Positions 40,725-54,962 are shown, numbered from the stretch's first letter. The stretch is 64,000 nucleotides of DNA from Cyanobacteriota bacterium (GCA_046052125.1 JBJOMY010000002.1:288001-352000); one strand, 5' to 3'. Notes: generated from the sequence alone by a model not told the origin. Program-made: numbers and translations.

Positions 40725-41774
40725 TCAGTTCATTGAGATATAGGAGTTTAGCTTATGTACAAGCCCTGAGATGAGTCTTTTGGAGGCTCTAATTGGTCTT
40801 GTTAGTCTCCATGACAAGCTCCCGGTTAGTTGATTAAGCATGGAGCGAAACATGTCTAGTTCAGTTCTTGCTCTGTCTAATTCAGTCTTAACTGTTTCTA
40901 GTTCATGATTAGATAAACTGAGTTCGCTTGATAAACGGTCCAACTCGCAGACTGCATCGAATAGGCTTCTCGGCCTATTGCTTGCCTGAGGAAAGGCTGG
41001 CATTGAATGACCTAGGCTCTTAATTCCTTCTGCCACTTGCTCCTTATACCCTCCCATTGTTCTTTCCTTGATGCGAGAAAGGGAGCCTGATGATGCTTTC
41101 CTGATAACGCACATAGAGTCGTAAAACTCTATAGATAAAATATTCTGCAAAAACTCCTGACTTACTAAGCAGCCATGGATACTGGTTATACTGTTAATGT
41201 ATTCATGAACCTGAATATCCTGTCTGTACCAATGACCAGAGTTTATGCAGTCACATAGAGCTTTAAAAAATTCCATTCCAGAGTCTGGGCGGCACAGCCC
41301 GCCTCCCCATTCGCTCCAGTAACAGCAGTGAAGGTCCTCGGCAATATAAATGCCGCCGGGCCTTAGTTTTGGAAAAAACTCTACAAATGATCGAACTATG
41401 TCGCGGGAGGTATGAGATCCGTCTTCAATAACTATGTCTAGACTGTCCGTGACTGCCTCGATCTTCTGAACGGTAGTGGAATCCGTGGCGTCCCCAATGA
41501 TGACATGAATACGAGGATCATCAAACGTAAGGCGAGCGCATTCCTTATCGATGTCGCAGCCTATCAAGTTACGTGCACTTGAAAAATACTGCGCCCAAGT
41601 CTCAAGAGAACCTCCATTTTGAACCCCTATTTCAAGTAGACTAATGGGTTGTTCTCGCCACTTGGAAAGCAATCGATTGTAGACTTCAAGATACAGGTCC
41701 CATTTGTCTGATAGCTTTCCATTGGATCTGCAGTGAATCTCTGCCAAGTCCGGGCGGTGATTTAGCATGATCAC
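40725..41774 (-). CDS. SAM-dependent methyltransferase with C-terminal coiled coil (chain terminator-like)
   Basis: LLEIGVQNGGS, IEDGSH, GGIYIAED; heptads ELDRLSS/ELETVKT/ELDRART; SWRLTRPIR. Confidence 0.75.
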   Translation of the reverse strand: MIMLNHRPDLAEIHCRSNGKLSDKWDLYLEVYNRLLSKWREQPISLLEIGVQNGGSLETWAQYFSSARNLIGCDIDKECARLTFDDPRIHVIIGDATDSTTVQKIEAVTDSLDIVIEDGSHTSRDIVRSFVEFFPKLRPGGIYIAEDLHCCYWSEWGGGLCRPDSGMEFFKALCDCINSGHWYRQDIQVHEYINSITSIHGCLVSQEFLQNILSIEFYDSMCVIRKASSGSLSRIKERTMGGYKEQVAEGIKSLGHSMPAFPQASNRPRSLFDAVCELDRLSSELSLSNHELETVKTELDRARTELDMFRSMLNQLTGSLSWRLTRPIRASKRLISGLVHKLNSYISMN

Positions 41775-43162
41775 ACTCCGTTGGAGATAGTTTGAAAATC
41801 AATTGCATCAATGCAGGCACCTGCTAGGCCGTAGCGAACTCTGCTTGACAGAACTTTTAGGATAACCGCGTCTTCAACCCAATGGTGTTGAATATTTTCA
41901 TTAAGATCTCCATCTGCTACAGACGCCATTAGTGTGTATTCTCCAGCTGGTAGCGCTGGCATCCGTAAGCTAAAGGAAGCGATGAGTTCGTCGCCTGGCG
42001 CAGCCGGGTGAATCGAATCAGGATTCTCTGCAAATAATGTATTTTCTCCAAATAAGTCTTGGCCTAGTCTGTCTTTGACTATAAAACCGAGGATTGGCTT
42101 GCTTATTGTTTTGTTGGCTAATGCATGAACAATAATCTTGACTTGCTCCCCTCCGCAAAAAATATTAGAAGGCAATCCACTGGTGTCTTGTTCTATTCTT
42201 ACCCCAACTAGGTCAGCATCGCCTGTCTTCCATCCCTTGGCTTCACTCAAATTGTCTTCCCATTGACATGTTGTCGAGTAGTCGATGCAACCATGGGTCT
42301 TCCTGCTCCAATCTTGCGGATTATCTACGGCTGCCAAAGTATTGGCGTCTTCGTCTACATTATTCTTGCCCAAAGCATAAAGCTTCACTTCTTCTCCATA
42401 ACTTGTCGCTTGGCAAAAACGGAGATAGTCAAGAACTACCTCCTTGCAGTTTCCAGTTCCGAGGGCTTGTCCTCTGGATAGCCATAGGGCATGACTGCAA
42501 AGGCTTTTGACTGCTTCAGAGTCATGGCTGACAAACAGGAGGCAGCGCTCTTCGCGCATTTTGCGTATAAAACGCATACACCGCTGAACAAATACTGCAT
42601 CTCCAACAGCTAACGCTTCATCTACAACCAGTATGTCTGCATTAACGTGGGCGATGACGGCAAAAGCCAACCTGACTGCCATGCCGCTTGAGTATGCTTT
42701 AACGGGCTGACGAATGAAGTCGCCAATATCTGCGAAGGAAAGAATATCATCCAGCCTTGCATCTGTTTCTTGTTTGCTCAACCCCAGCATCGAAGCATTC
42801 AAGTATACATTCTCGATGCCCGTGAATTCCGGGTTGAAACCGCTGCCCAGCTCCAGCAGGGCAGCGATGCGTCCATTGGTTTGGATGCTTCCTTCCGTGG
42901 GGGTTAGGGTGCCGCAGATCAATTGCAGCAGAGTGCTTTTGCCGCTGCCGTTTCTGCCGATGATGCCCAGGCTTTCGCCCCTTTTTACTTCAAAATCTAC
43001 ATTCCGCAGAGCCCAGAATTCGCTGAAATATTGCCGGCGCCCCCGCCATAATGCCTGTTTCAGCCGAGCATTTGGATTGTCATAAATCCGGTAGCATTTA
43101 CCTAGGTCGTGGCACTGTATTACAGGATCGAGATTGTTTGCCATGGCTGCTTCAGAGAACAT
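41771..43162 (-). CDS. wzt: Polysaccharide ABC exporter ATPase with C-terminal carbohydrate-binding domain
   Basis: GRNGSGKST, YSSGM, DEALAVGD, ~200-aa C-terminal extension. Confidence 0.92.
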   Translation of the reverse strand: MFSEAAMANNLDPVIQCHDLGKCYRIYDNPNARLKQALWRGRRQYFSEFWALRNVDFEVKRGESLGIIGRNGSGKSTLLQLICGTLTPTEGSIQTNGRIAALLELGSGFNPEFTGIENVYLNASMLGLSKQETDARLDDILSFADIGDFIRQPVKAYSSGMAVRLAFAVIAHVNADILVVDEALAVGDAVFVQRCMRFIRKMREERCLLFVSHDSEAVKSLCSHALWLSRGQALGTGNCKEVVLDYLRFCQATSYGEEVKLYALGKNNVDEDANTLAAVDNPQDWSRKTHGCIDYSTTCQWEDNLSEAKGWKTGDADLVGVRIEQDTSGLPSNIFCGGEQVKIIVHALANKTISKPILGFIVKDRLGQDLFGENTLFAENPDSIHPAAPGDELIASFSLRMPALPAGEYTLMASVADGDLNENIQHHWVEDAVILKVLSSRVRYGLAGACIDAIDFQTISNGV

Positions 43163-43964
43163 CGGCGAAGGCTCGCTTCGACCGCCGGAACAGGCGGAAA
43201 GTCAGCTCGCAGGCAACGACGCTGATCAATAGCCCCAGGATTACATAGGCGGGTTGCGGGCTCAGACCCTGCACGCTCACGCGGCGGGTCTGTTCGATCA
43301 CCTGGGCGATCGGATTCAGGCCCAGTAGCGGCTGCCAGCGCGCTGGCAGAGCGGATGTTGGAAAAAAAATCGGGCTCATAAACATCAGCATGTTCAAGCC
43401 CACACTGATCAACTGGCCGATATCGCGGACGAACACACCAGCGGCTGAAAGAAGCCAGGTGCAGGCGAGGGAGCCCAGAAGCAACGGCATCCAAACCAGT
43501 GGCAGCCACAGCAGCGTGATCGGTAAACCACGGAAAGCAATTAGCTCGAAAACCAAGAGTATCAACACACTGGTGAATGCATGAAAGCTGGCACTGCCTA
43601 CCGCCACGCACCCCAGAACCTCCAGTGGAAAGACAACTTTCTTCACGTAGTTTGGATTACTCACCACCAAGTCTGGCGCTCGGCTCACACATTCGCCGAA
43701 CAGATTGAAGACAATCAGGCCAGCAAACAGATTCACCGCAAATCCGAATGGCCCAGCTTGTTCGAGGCCGCCCCAGCGCGCTTTGAATACCTGTGAAAAT
43801 ACGAAGGTGTACACCGCCAGCATCGCCAGCGGAGTGATGAAGCTCCAACCAATTCCCAGCGCTGAGCCCCGGTAGCGCCCCAGTACTTCGCGCTCTGTGA
43901 GCCGCCACCACAACTCACGGTGCTGCCAGAGGCTGTGGGGAAAGCGCAAGACGTGATGCATCAC
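43152..43964 (-). CDS. wzm: Polysaccharide ABC exporter permease
   Basis: RYRGSALGIGW, NYVKKVVFP, FVRD, NPI, FADVL. Confidence 0.92.
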   Translation of the reverse strand: MMHHVLRFPHSLWQHRELWWRLTEREVLGRYRGSALGIGWSFITPLAMLAVYTFVFSQVFKARWGGLEQAGPFGFAVNLFAGLIVFNLFGECVSRAPDLVVSNPNYVKKVVFPLEVLGCVAVGSASFHAFTSVLILLVFELIAFRGLPITLLWLPLVWMPLLLGSLACTWLLSAAGVFVRDIGQLISVGLNMLMFMSPIFFPTSALPARWQPLLGLNPIAQVIEQTRRVSVQGLSPQPAYVILGLLISVVACELTFRLFRRSKRAFADVL

Positions 43965-43970
43965 TTGTGA

Positions 43971-46841
43971 TCAAGCCGACTGAGCTGCCGCTGCCGGTTG
44001 GAACATAAACATCGAATAAATAACATTCCTGCGCATCTGCGTCATCATCTCCAGAAACATGTCGTACCCCTCATTCTTGTATTCGATCAGCGGATCCTTC
44101 TGCCCGTATCCGCGTAGGCCAACCGATTCGCGCAGGGCATCCATCGCCTGCAGATGCTCGCGCCAGAGGGTATCGATCTGCTGCAGGATGAAGAAGCGTT
44201 CGGCTTCCCGCATCAAGCCTGGGCGTTGCTGCTCGATCTGTCCCTCCTTGATGTCGTAGGCGTTGCGCAGCTGCTCCTGAAGGAAGGCCTTGAGCTCCTC
44301 CACCGACAGGCCACGCAGCTGCTCCGGCTTGAGATCTTCCAGCAGATAGACAAATTCCTGCACTTTGCTCACCAGACGACCCAGATCCCACTCTTCGGGC
44401 GGCAGATCAGGATTCACATAGGCCTCCACGATGTCGTCCATCGTGCGCTCGCCGTAGCCCACCACCTGTTGCTTGAGCTCTCTGCCTTCAAGTACACGCC
44501 GGCGCTCGGCATACACGGCCTTGCGCTGGTTGTTCATCACTTCGTCGTACTCGAACACCTGCTTGCGGATGTCGTAGTAATAGGTTTCCACCTTCTTCTG
44601 GGCGCCTTCGAGTGAGCGGGTGAGCATGCCTGATTCGATCGGCATGTCTTCCTCCACGCGGAAAGCATTCATCAGACCGGCCACGCGGTCGCCGCCGAAG
44701 ATGCGCAGCAGGTTGTCTTCCAGGGAGAGGAAGAAGCGGGTGGAGCCGGGGTCGCCCTGGCGTCCGGCGCGTCCGCGCAGCTGGTTGTCAACGCGGCGGG
44801 ATTCATGGCGTTCAGTACCGATCACGTGCAGCCCGCCGGCCTCGCGTACCTTTTGATCTTCGGTTTGGGTGACTGCTTCGTATTCGGTTTTGACTCGTGC
44901 GATTAGGTTGCGCAGGGCTTGCACCTGCGGGTCGCTTGTGGGTGCCTTCTCAGCCGCCTGAGCGATCCGATCCTCCAGCTCCAGCACCGTGAGTTGGCGG
45001 TCACCCCAGGCCTTCACCAGATCATGGGCCAACTCCGACAGCGACTGTTCGGTGGCGTCGCTGAGCGCGCAGGGGTAGAGCGCACCGATTGCTCGTGCTT
45101 CCGACGGGGCTTTGGTTGCTGCTTGTGACGAGGCTGCTCCGAAGCCGGGAGCGGCTTCCGGTGCTCGCTGCAACGGCACCGGTGGTTTGTGACCCTCTTC
45201 CGGCCGAACCAGGCGCGGCAGCAGCACCTCCCGCAGCTTGAGGCGGGCCATGTAATCGGCGTTGCCGCCCAGGATGATGTCGGTTCCGCGGCCGGCCATG
45301 TTGGTCGCGATGGTCACGGCGCCGGCTCGGCCCGCCTGGGCCACAATCTCGGCTTCCCGCTCCACGTTTTCCGGCTTGGCGTTGAGCAGGTTGTGGGGGA
45401 TCTGCTGCTCGGCGAGGAGCGCGCTCAGCAGTTCGGATTTCTCCACGCTGGTGGTGCCCACCAGCACCGGCCGGCCGGTTTTGTGCACTTCAGCCGTTTC
45501 CAGGGCCACGGCGCGCCACTTCGCCGCTTCGTTTTTGTACACCTGATCGGTCCAGTCGGCGCGGGAGCGCACGCGGTTGGTGGGAACGATCGTGACCTCG
45601 AGCTTGTAGGTCTTCTCGAATTCCACCTCTTCCGTTTTGGCGGTACCGGTCATCCCCGCCAGGCGCGGATAGAGCAGGAAGAAGTTTTGGTAGGTGATCG
45701 AGGCCAGCGTTTGCGTTTCGGGCTGGATCGGCAGGCCCTCTTTGGCCTCGATCGCCTGGTGCTGGCCATCGCTCCAGCGCCGGCCCGGCATCACCCGGCC
45801 GGTGAACTCATCCACGATCACCGCATCGCCACCACGCACGATGTAGTTCACGTCCTTGATGAACAGCTCCTTGGCCTTCAGGGCGTTGTTGATGTAGTGC
45901 GCCCAGGGGTCGGCCGGATCGAACAGGTCGCTCACGCCCAGGAGTTGTTCGGCCTTGGCGTAGCCCTCATCAGTGAGGGTGCAGTTGCGCTGCTTCTCAT
46001 CCACCTCGTAGTCGCCCTCGGGGTCGATGCCGTCCTTGCCGAGCTCAGCGGCGCGCACCAGCGCATTGGCCACCTCGGCGGCCTTCTGATACTTCTCCTG
46101 CGGGCGTTCCACCTGGCCGGAGATGATCAGCGGTGTGCGGGCCTCGTCGATCAGGATCGAATCCACCTCATCGATCACGCAGTAGTGGAAGTCGCGCTGC
46201 ACCACCTCGGCGATGTCCGCCGCCATGTTGTCGCGCAGGTAATCGAAACCCAGCTCTGAGTTGGTGGCATAGGTGATGTCGCAGCCATAGTTCTGGCGGC
46301 GGGTGGCGGGATCCATGTCTTGCTGGATCAGGCCCACCGACAGCCCCAGGAAGCGATGCACCTGACCCATCCACTCGGCATCGCGCCGGGCGAGATAGTC
46401 GTTCACCGTGACCACGTGCACCCCCCGGCCGGTGAGGGCATTGAGGTAGGCGGGCAGGGTGGCCACCAGTGTTTTGCCCTCGCCGGTTTTCATCTCGGCG
46501 ATCTGGCCGTCGTGCAGCACCATGCCGCCGATCAGCTGTACATCGAAGTGGCGCATCCCCAGCACACGCTTGCCGGCTTCGCGCACCACGGCGAAGGCCT
46601 GGGGTAGCAGCTCATCGAGCAGCTTTCGCTCCCGCTCGAGCGTGGTTTCGATGCTCAGGCCACGGTTTTTGCATTCCAGCTGCAGAGCGGCGAGCTTGCC
46701 CTGGAATTCCGCCGTTAGGCCCCGCAGCTCCTCGTCTGAGAGGGGAGCCACCTCCTCTTCGAGCAGGTTGATATCGGAAACGATCGGCTGGTAGCGCTTC
46801 AGCTTGCGGGCATTGGGGTCACCCAGCAGCAGCTTGAGCAT
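43971..46841 (-). CDS. secA: Preprotein translocase SecA
   Basis: [37 protein letters not shown]. Confidence 0.97.
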   Translation of the reverse strand: MLKLLLGDPNARKLKRYQPIVSDINLLEEEVAPLSDEELRGLTAEFQGKLAALQLECKNRGLSIETTLERERKLLDELLPQAFAVVREAGKRVLGMRHFDVQLIGGMVLHDGQIAEMKTGEGKTLVATLPAYLNALTGRGVHVVTVNDYLARRDAEWMGQVHRFLGLSVGLIQQDMDPATRRQNYGCDITYATNSELGFDYLRDNMAADIAEVVQRDFHYCVIDEVDSILIDEARTPLIISGQVERPQEKYQKAAEVANALVRAAELGKDGIDPEGDYEVDEKQRNCTLTDEGYAKAEQLLGVSDLFDPADPWAHYINNALKAKELFIKDVNYIVRGGDAVIVDEFTGRVMPGRRWSDGQHQAIEAKEGLPIQPETQTLASITYQNFFLLYPRLAGMTGTAKTEEVEFEKTYKLEVTIVPTNRVRSRADWTDQVYKNEAAKWRAVALETAEVHKTGRPVLVGTTSVEKSELLSALLAEQQIPHNLLNAKPENVEREAEIVAQAGRAGAVTIATNMAGRGTDIILGGNADYMARLKLREVLLPRLVRPEEGHKPPVPLQRAPEAAPGFGAASSQAATKAPSEARAIGALYPCALSDATEQSLSELAHDLVKAWGDRQLTVLELEDRIAQAAEKAPTSDPQVQALRNLIARVKTEYEAVTQTEDQKVREAGGLHVIGTERHESRRVDNQLRGRAGRQGDPGSTRFFLSLEDNLLRIFGGDRVAGLMNAFRVEEDMPIESGMLTRSLEGAQKKVETYYYDIRKQVFEYDEVMNNQRKAVYAERRRVLEGRELKQQVVGYGERTMDDIVEAYVNPDLPPEEWDLGRLVSKVQEFVYLLEDLKPEQLRGLSVEELKAFLQEQLRNAYDIKEGQIEQQRPGLMREAERFFILQQIDTLWREHLQAMDALRESVGLRGYGQKDPLIEYKNEGYDMFLEMMTQMRRNVIYSMFMFQPAAAAQSA

Positions 46842-46906
46842 CGAAGCAGGCGGGCCAGCACTCAAGGCAGCTTACCGGTTGCCTCGGGTGGACTGAGCGA
46901 GCCTAC

Positions 46907-47665
46907 TCAGCTTGTGATGCCGGGGTTGTCGCCGAGAAATTCGAGGATCTCCCGGTCTTTCAGGTTTTGTGCCTCGCCCCGGCAGGGCTCCAGTAGTGGG
47001 CGGCCAGCCGCCAGCTCCCGCAGGCACGTCTGGGTGCGGGCCAGTTCGCCCTCGAGGCTGTCGATCCGCTCCATCAGGTTGCGGATCACCCGCGCTTCCG
47101 CATCCGGCAGGGCTGAGTGGGCCAGGGGATCCACGCGCACGCCGCTCTGGTGCACCACGCGGCCGGGCACCCCCACCACCGTGCTGTCGGCCTCCACATC
47201 ACGCAGCACCACCGAGCCCGCTCCGATGCGGGTGTTGGCCCCCACCGTGATCGCGCCGAGCACCTTGGCGCCGGCCCCCACCACCACGTTTTCCTCCAGC
47301 GTGGGGTGACGCTTGCCGTGGGCCTTACCCGTACCCCCCAGGGTGACGCCTTGGTAGAGCAGGCAGTGGTTGCCGATCACGGCCGTTTCGCCCACAACCA
47401 TGCCCATGCCGTGGTCGATGAATACCCCGTGGCCGATACGGGCACCGGGATGGATCTCGATGCCGGTGAGCCAGCGCCCCAGCTGACTGAGCAGCCGTGC
47501 CAGCAGTGGTGCCAGCGGACCCTGCAGCCGCCAGAGCCCGTGGCTGATCCGATGCAGGCTGAGCGCATGCAGGCCCGGATAGCAGAGCAGGATTTCCAGC
47601 GTGCCCCGGGCCGCCGGATCGCGCTCCTTGATGATCGCCAGATCGGCGCGCAGGGCTTTCAGCAT
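46907..47665 (-). CDS. cysE: Serine O-acetyltransferase
   Basis: RDPAAR, IEIHPGA, FIDHG, KRHPT, hexapeptide repeats. Confidence 0.95.
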   Translation of the reverse strand: MLKALRADLAIIKERDPAARGTLEILLCYPGLHALSLHRISHGLWRLQGPLAPLLARLLSQLGRWLTGIEIHPGARIGHGVFIDHGMGMVVGETAVIGNHCLLYQGVTLGGTGKAHGKRHPTLEENVVVGAGAKVLGAITVGANTRIGAGSVVLRDVEADSTVVGVPGRVVHQSGVRVDPLAHSALPDAEARVIRNLMERIDSLEGELARTQTCLRELAAGRPLLEPCRGEAQNLKDREILEFLGDNPGITS

Positions 47666-47755
47666 CCGCCCATCCTGCCGAAGCTGCCCATCGTTTGACC
47701 GAGGGGCACCCGATCGTGCATGATCGTTCGGTCGGCGGCTGAAGCCACGACGCCT

Positions 47756-47827
47756 GCGGATGTAGCTCAGTGGTAGAGCATCTCCTTGCCAAGGAGAGGG
47801 TCGAGAGTTCGAATCTCTTCATCCGCT
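47756..47827 (+). tRNA. tRNA-Gly(GCC)
   Basis: GCGGATG acceptor stem, TAGCTCAGTGGTAGAGC D-arm, TTGCCAA anticodon loop, GTTCGAATC T-loop; CCA not encoded. Confidence 0.97.
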
Positions 47828-47875
47828 TGTGAAATCTTCAACCTGAATTGGACGAGGTAACTTTGTTCTTGTCCC

Positions 47876-48862
47876 TCAGGCCTCCAGCCCGATCTCTTTG
47901 CGTAGCAAATTGATGGTGCTCGTCCCTAAGTAGCTCTGGGCGCAGTGAACCTGCGGCATCCGCATCAGCTGGGTGCGGTTCTGACGCAGGCATTGTTCGA
48001 TCAGCGGTAGGCTGGGGCGATCGCAGAGCACGTGGCTGGCGGCCCGCAGCAGTGCCAGCAGTCGACTGTTCAAGTCCGGTGTGGCGGTCATCAACAGCAG
48101 TTCGCTGCCGCGCATGCTGTGCAGAATCACCTCAGCCGCCCGCAGGATGCCAGGGCTGATGCTCACCAGGCCCACGCAGCTGCCTGCCTTGAGGTCTTTG
48201 AGTAGGTCGAGCTCGTGGCGGAAGTCGTTGAGGTCCACCGGCACGGCGCGCACGCTGTGGCGTTTGGCAATCTCTTCCACCGGCTGGAGGAAGTAGCGGC
48301 TGGTGACCACCGTGCCGTTGTTGGAGGTTTCCAGTACCGCCTCCAGCTCTTCCATCGGCACCACCTCCACTGGTACCTGCAAGTGCGGTGCCAGCTCCTC
48401 AGAGATCAGCATCGAGGCGCCGATGTCTTCTCTCGGGGTGCTCACGAGCACGCGGGCGCCGCAACGCAGGCGCCAGTCGATTTCGCGGGTGAGCAGATCG
48501 CGGGCCTGTTGCAGCGTGCAGCCGGCATTGAGAAGTCCATCGACGCTCTGACGCACTTCCCGGTCGATGTCCGGCAGGTGCCGGCCGCGTGGGCCTGGCG
48601 GCGGTTTGATCTCCCGGGGGTTCTGCTGGTCGCGCACGTAGATGCCGGAGCCGGCCATGGCTTCCACCACGCCGTCGTTTTCCAGCTGGCGATACACCTT
48701 GCTGATCGTGTTGCGGTGCAGTCCCGTCTGCATCGCCAGTTGCCGCGTGCTCGGCAGCCTGTGCCCGGGCGGGTAATGCCGCGCTGCGATGGCAAACACG
48801 ATCTGGTTGTACAGCTGGCTCGACGCCGGGATGTCGCTGTCCTGCTGAATGTGGAACCGCAA
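47876..48862 (-). CDS. plmA: Cyanobacterial GntR-family regulator PlmA
   Basis: RFHIQQDSDIPASSQLYNQ, RLPSTRQLAMQTGLHRNTISKVY; 328 aa from a TTG start. Confidence 0.8.
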   Translation of the reverse strand: MRFHIQQDSDIPASSQLYNQIVFAIAARHYPPGHRLPSTRQLAMQTGLHRNTISKVYRQLENDGVVEAMAGSGIYVRDQQNPREIKPPPGPRGRHLPDIDREVRQSVDGLLNAGCTLQQARDLLTREIDWRLRCGARVLVSTPREDIGASMLISEELAPHLQVPVEVVPMEELEAVLETSNNGTVVTSRYFLQPVEEIAKRHSVRAVPVDLNDFRHELDLLKDLKAGSCVGLVSISPGILRAAEVILHSMRGSELLLMTATPDLNSRLLALLRAASHVLCDRPSLPLIEQCLRQNRTQLMRMPQVHCAQSYLGTSTINLLRKEIGLEA

Positions 48863-49098
48863 ACCGGATTGGCACAACGCTGCGGGGCCACCATACGGAG
48901 CTTTGGCCCCGGTGACAATTGCCATCCCGGCATAAGTGCTTGTGCCAGTGGTTCGTGCGGGGCTGAGGGCCGGGAGTGGCGAATCCCGAGGCCCTGATCA
49001 GACCCGTCCAACGTCCTGCTTTGTCCCTTGCTCGCGCCTGCCATCGAGCTGCGTTCTGGATTGCGGGCTCTTGGGGCAGCTTGGGTGGACGTTTCGCG

Positions 49099-49139
49099 CT
49101 GTCCAGAGTCCTGTACAAACCGTACGGATCTCTGAATGC
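49099..49139. repeat. 41-bp dyad element, copy 4
   Basis: CTGTCCAGA GTCCTGTAC AAACC GTACGGATC TCTGAATGC; plmA/hydrolase divergent region. Confidence 0.85.
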
Positions 49140-49232
49140 TTCGGCAAGGCTTGTCCCACGCCCATGGGTCACCCCGGCCTGATCACTCGGTAGGGGCTGT
49201 CAGGCTGGTGGAACGGAGTTGGCAGCTGCGAT

Positions 49233-49970
49233 TTGACAATCCAGGCCGAATGGGTGCAGGTGCGTACGCCCGAGGGTGTGATGCCTGCCTGGTGGGCGCG
49301 GCCGGCTGCGCCGCGAGCGGCTGTGCTGTTGCTGCCGGAAGTGTTTGGGGTGAATCCCTGGGTGCGCAGCGTGGCAGATCGATTGGCGCAGGAGGGCTAT
49401 GCCGCCCTCGCCATCAGCACCTTTTGGCGCACGGCGCCCCAGCTGGAGGCCGCCTACGACGAAGCCGGTCTGGCCTTAGGCCGTGAGCACCGCGATCAGG
49501 TTCGGGCCGATCAACTGCTAACCGATGTGACAGCTGCTGCCGCATGGATGCAGCAACACCACAGCGTTAATGGCCTGGGCTCAAAGCCGCTCGGTTGCGT
49601 GGGCTTTTGCTTCGGTGGCCAACTGGCGATGCTCGCCGCCACCCTGCCGCTGATCGCCGCAACCTGTGATTTCTACGGCGCTCGCGTGTCCACCGATCGC
49701 CCCGGTGGTGGTCCACCCACCCTGGCGGATGTGCCGCAGATTCCCGGCAGGTTGTTGTGCTTTTGCGGAGATCAGGATCCGCTGATGCCGCCTGAGGAGC
49801 TCAGTGCCATTGAGCGAGCTCTAGCCGCCGTGCCGGGTGGGCGCCATCGTTTCCTGAAGGCTCCAGGGGCAGGCCACGGCTACATGTGCGAAGCCCGCGC
49901 CGATTTCAGCCCTGAAGCGTCAGCCGCCGGTTGGGCGGCGATGTTGGGGTTGTTCGGCGAAGCGCTTTGA
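49233..49970 (+). CDS. Dienelactone hydrolase family protein
   Basis: PEVFGVN, GFCFGG, FYG, AGHGY. Confidence 0.88.
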   Translation: MTIQAEWVQVRTPEGVMPAWWARPAAPRAAVLLLPEVFGVNPWVRSVADRLAQEGYAALAISTFWRTAPQLEAAYDEAGLALGREHRDQVRADQLLTDVTAAAAWMQQHHSVNGLGSKPLGCVGFCFGGQLAMLAATLPLIAATCDFYGARVSTDRPGGGPPTLADVPQIPGRLLCFCGDQDPLMPPEELSAIERALAAVPGGRHRFLKAPGAGHGYMCEARADFSPEASAAGWAAMLGLFGEAL

Positions 49971-49995
49971 AGGTGGCGACGCCACCCAGCGGCCC

Positions 49996-50643
49996 TTAGC
50001 CCTCGCCCGCAGCGGCAGCAGCCTGTTGGCGAGGAGTTTCGATCGTGCGCACGGCCTTGCTGGCGGCGGCTTCGGCTTCCTTTTCCTTGGCCAGCGGCGT
50101 TTTACGCGGCGTGAGGAACATGATCATGTTGCGGCCCTCGCGCTTGGGATCCTGCTGGATCTCGGCCTTTTCCTCGAGGTCCTTAGCCATGCGCTTGAGC
50201 AGCTGTTCGGCCAGGGCAGTGTGCTGGATCTCGCGGCCGCGAAAGATCACGGTGCACTTCACCTTGTCGCCAGCCTTGAGGAAGCGGGAAGCCTGGCCGA
50301 TGCGGACATCGTAATCGTGCTGGTCAATTTTGTAGCGCATCTTCACCTCTTTGACTTCGGTTTGATGCGACTTTTTCTTGGCTTCTTTGGCCTTCTTTTC
50401 CTGCTCGAATTTGAACTTGCCGTAGTCCATGATCCGGCACACCGGCGGATCAGCCTTCTCGCTCACCAGCACGAGGTCGAGCTCGCGGTCTTTCGCTACC
50501 TCGAGGGCCGCCTCCCGCGTAATCACCCCCAGCTGACTGCCGTCTGCATCCACCACCCGGAGCTGGGGGTAAGCGATGCGGTCGTTGATGTTGGGGAGCT
50601 CCCGTACGGGAGCGCGGCGGTCAAAACGGGGACGGGGTGGCAT
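49996..50643 (-). CDS. infC: Translation initiation factor IF-3
   Basis: [22 protein letters not shown]. Confidence 0.96.
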   Translation of the reverse strand: MPPRPRFDRRAPVRELPNINDRIAYPQLRVVDADGSQLGVITREAALEVAKDRELDLVLVSEKADPPVCRIMDYGKFKFEQEKKAKEAKKKSHQTEVKEVKMRYKIDQHDYDVRIGQASRFLKAGDKVKCTVIFRGREIQHTALAEQLLKRMAKDLEEKAEIQQDPKREGRNMIMFLTPRKTPLAKEKEAEAAASKAVRTIETPRQQAAAAAGEG

Positions 50644-50688
50644 TCAGGCGGGCGAGAGGACGAAAAGAAAACAGTGACTGTTCATCCT

Positions 50689-53782
<3,094 letters not shown>

Positions 53783-53783
<1 letters not shown>

Positions 53784-54115
53784 TGAGCGGTGTTCACGCA
53801 CCCTCAGCGATGCCGCGCGTGGCGGCCTGGCGTTGGGGCGCTCTGTTGGCCTTTGCCCTGTTCGCCCCTGTGAGCCTGCCGGCGGGTGGCCCCGATCGCC
53901 GCGCCCTGGAGTTGCGCCGCCGCAGCGCTGGTGATCCGCTCCTGAGTACCGGCGGATTAGCTCTGCAGTGTTCCCCTGAGCAGCAGGCTCCGGTGCTGGC
54001 TGAATTAGGTGCCGATCAGCCCCTGCGGGTGTTGCGTAGCTGGCGCACTGGCGGTGGCGAGCAGTGGCTGCAGGTTGAAACCGCTGAACGGCGGGGTTGG
54101 CTGGCGGTGGCCTGA
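53783..54115 (+). CDS. Small SH3-like domain protein with N-terminal hydrophobic segment
   Basis: LRVLRSW...WLQVE...RGWL bacterial SH3-like pattern. Confidence 0.6.
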
Positions 54116-54119
54116 ACCG

Positions 54120-54482
54120 ATGCGCGATGTGTTGTTGGTGTCGATCGGGGCCATCCCTGGCGCCTGGTTGCGCTTTCGCCTGGTGAACCACTTCGAGCCG
54201 CTGGTGCCCCGCAAGCACTGGGCCACGTTCGGCGTGAACATCACGGCCTGTTTCGCTCTCGGGTTGATCGCGGCCCTGGCTGGCCGTTGCGGCCCCGACC
54301 ATCAGATCAGTTTGCTGCTGGCCACAGGCTTCCTGGGCAGCCTCAGCACCTTCTCCACCTTCATCGTGGAGCTGCTTCAGTCCTGGATGGCTGGCCTGCG
54401 CCGCCAGACCGTGTGGCTGATGCTGGGCTCCGTGCTCACAGGCTTACTTGCTGTCGTGGCGGGGATGGTGATCGGTGGCTGA
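54120..54482 (+). CDS. crcB: Fluoride channel Fluc/CrcB
   Basis: GAIPGAWLR, VNITAC, GFLGSLSTFSTF. Confidence 0.9.
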   Translation: MRDVLLVSIGAIPGAWLRFRLVNHFEPLVPRKHWATFGVNITACFALGLIAALAGRCGPDHQISLLLATGFLGSLSTFSTFIVELLQSWMAGLRRQTVWLMLGSVLTGLLAVVAGMVIGG

Positions 54483-54891
54483 TCCACTTCAGGGGCGCCG
54501 CCTGAGCTTTGAGCTGCGGGAACTGTTGTTGGTTGCCATCGGTGCCGTGCCCGGTGCACTGCTGCGCTGGCAGAGCGGCGTGCAGCTGGGCCCTCACCTG
54601 GGAGGCAGCGCCGGCGCCGATCTGTTGGTGAATCTGGTGGGCTCCTTTCTGCTGGGCTTTCTGGCCGGGCCGATCCCCCGCCGCACGGGTTTGGTGCTCC
54701 TGCTGGGGATTGGCTTCTGCGGCTGCCTCACCACCTTCAGCAGTTGGATGCTTGATGTGGTGAAGCTGATTCAGGCTGGCCGCCCGCTCTGGGGCCTGTT
54801 GCTGATCGTGGGCAGCCTGGTGCTTGGTTTGTTCAGTGCTGCTGGCGGCTTGGGACTGAGCCGGTTGGTGTTCCGCCGCGAGCCTGCCTAA
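54475..54891 (+). CDS. crcB: Fluoride channel Fluc/CrcB, second copy
   Basis: GAVPGALLR, VNLVGS, GFCGCLTTFSSW. Confidence 0.9.
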   Translation: MADPLQGRRLSFELRELLLVAIGAVPGALLRWQSGVQLGPHLGGSAGADLLVNLVGSFLLGFLAGPIPRRTGLVLLLGIGFCGCLTTFSSWMLDVVKLIQAGRPLWGLLLIVGSLVLGLFSAAGGLGLSRLVFRREPA

Positions 54892-54962
54892 ACGGGCACC
54901 ACTGCTTGCCGCCTGTGCGGCTGCTTGTGACTTGTCCTGGGTATTGAGTGCCTTAGATCGGA

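Noticed and set aside
47756..47875. tRNA-Gly as an integration site
   Set aside because: No integrase and no duplicated tRNA 3' end seen; core genes on both sides.
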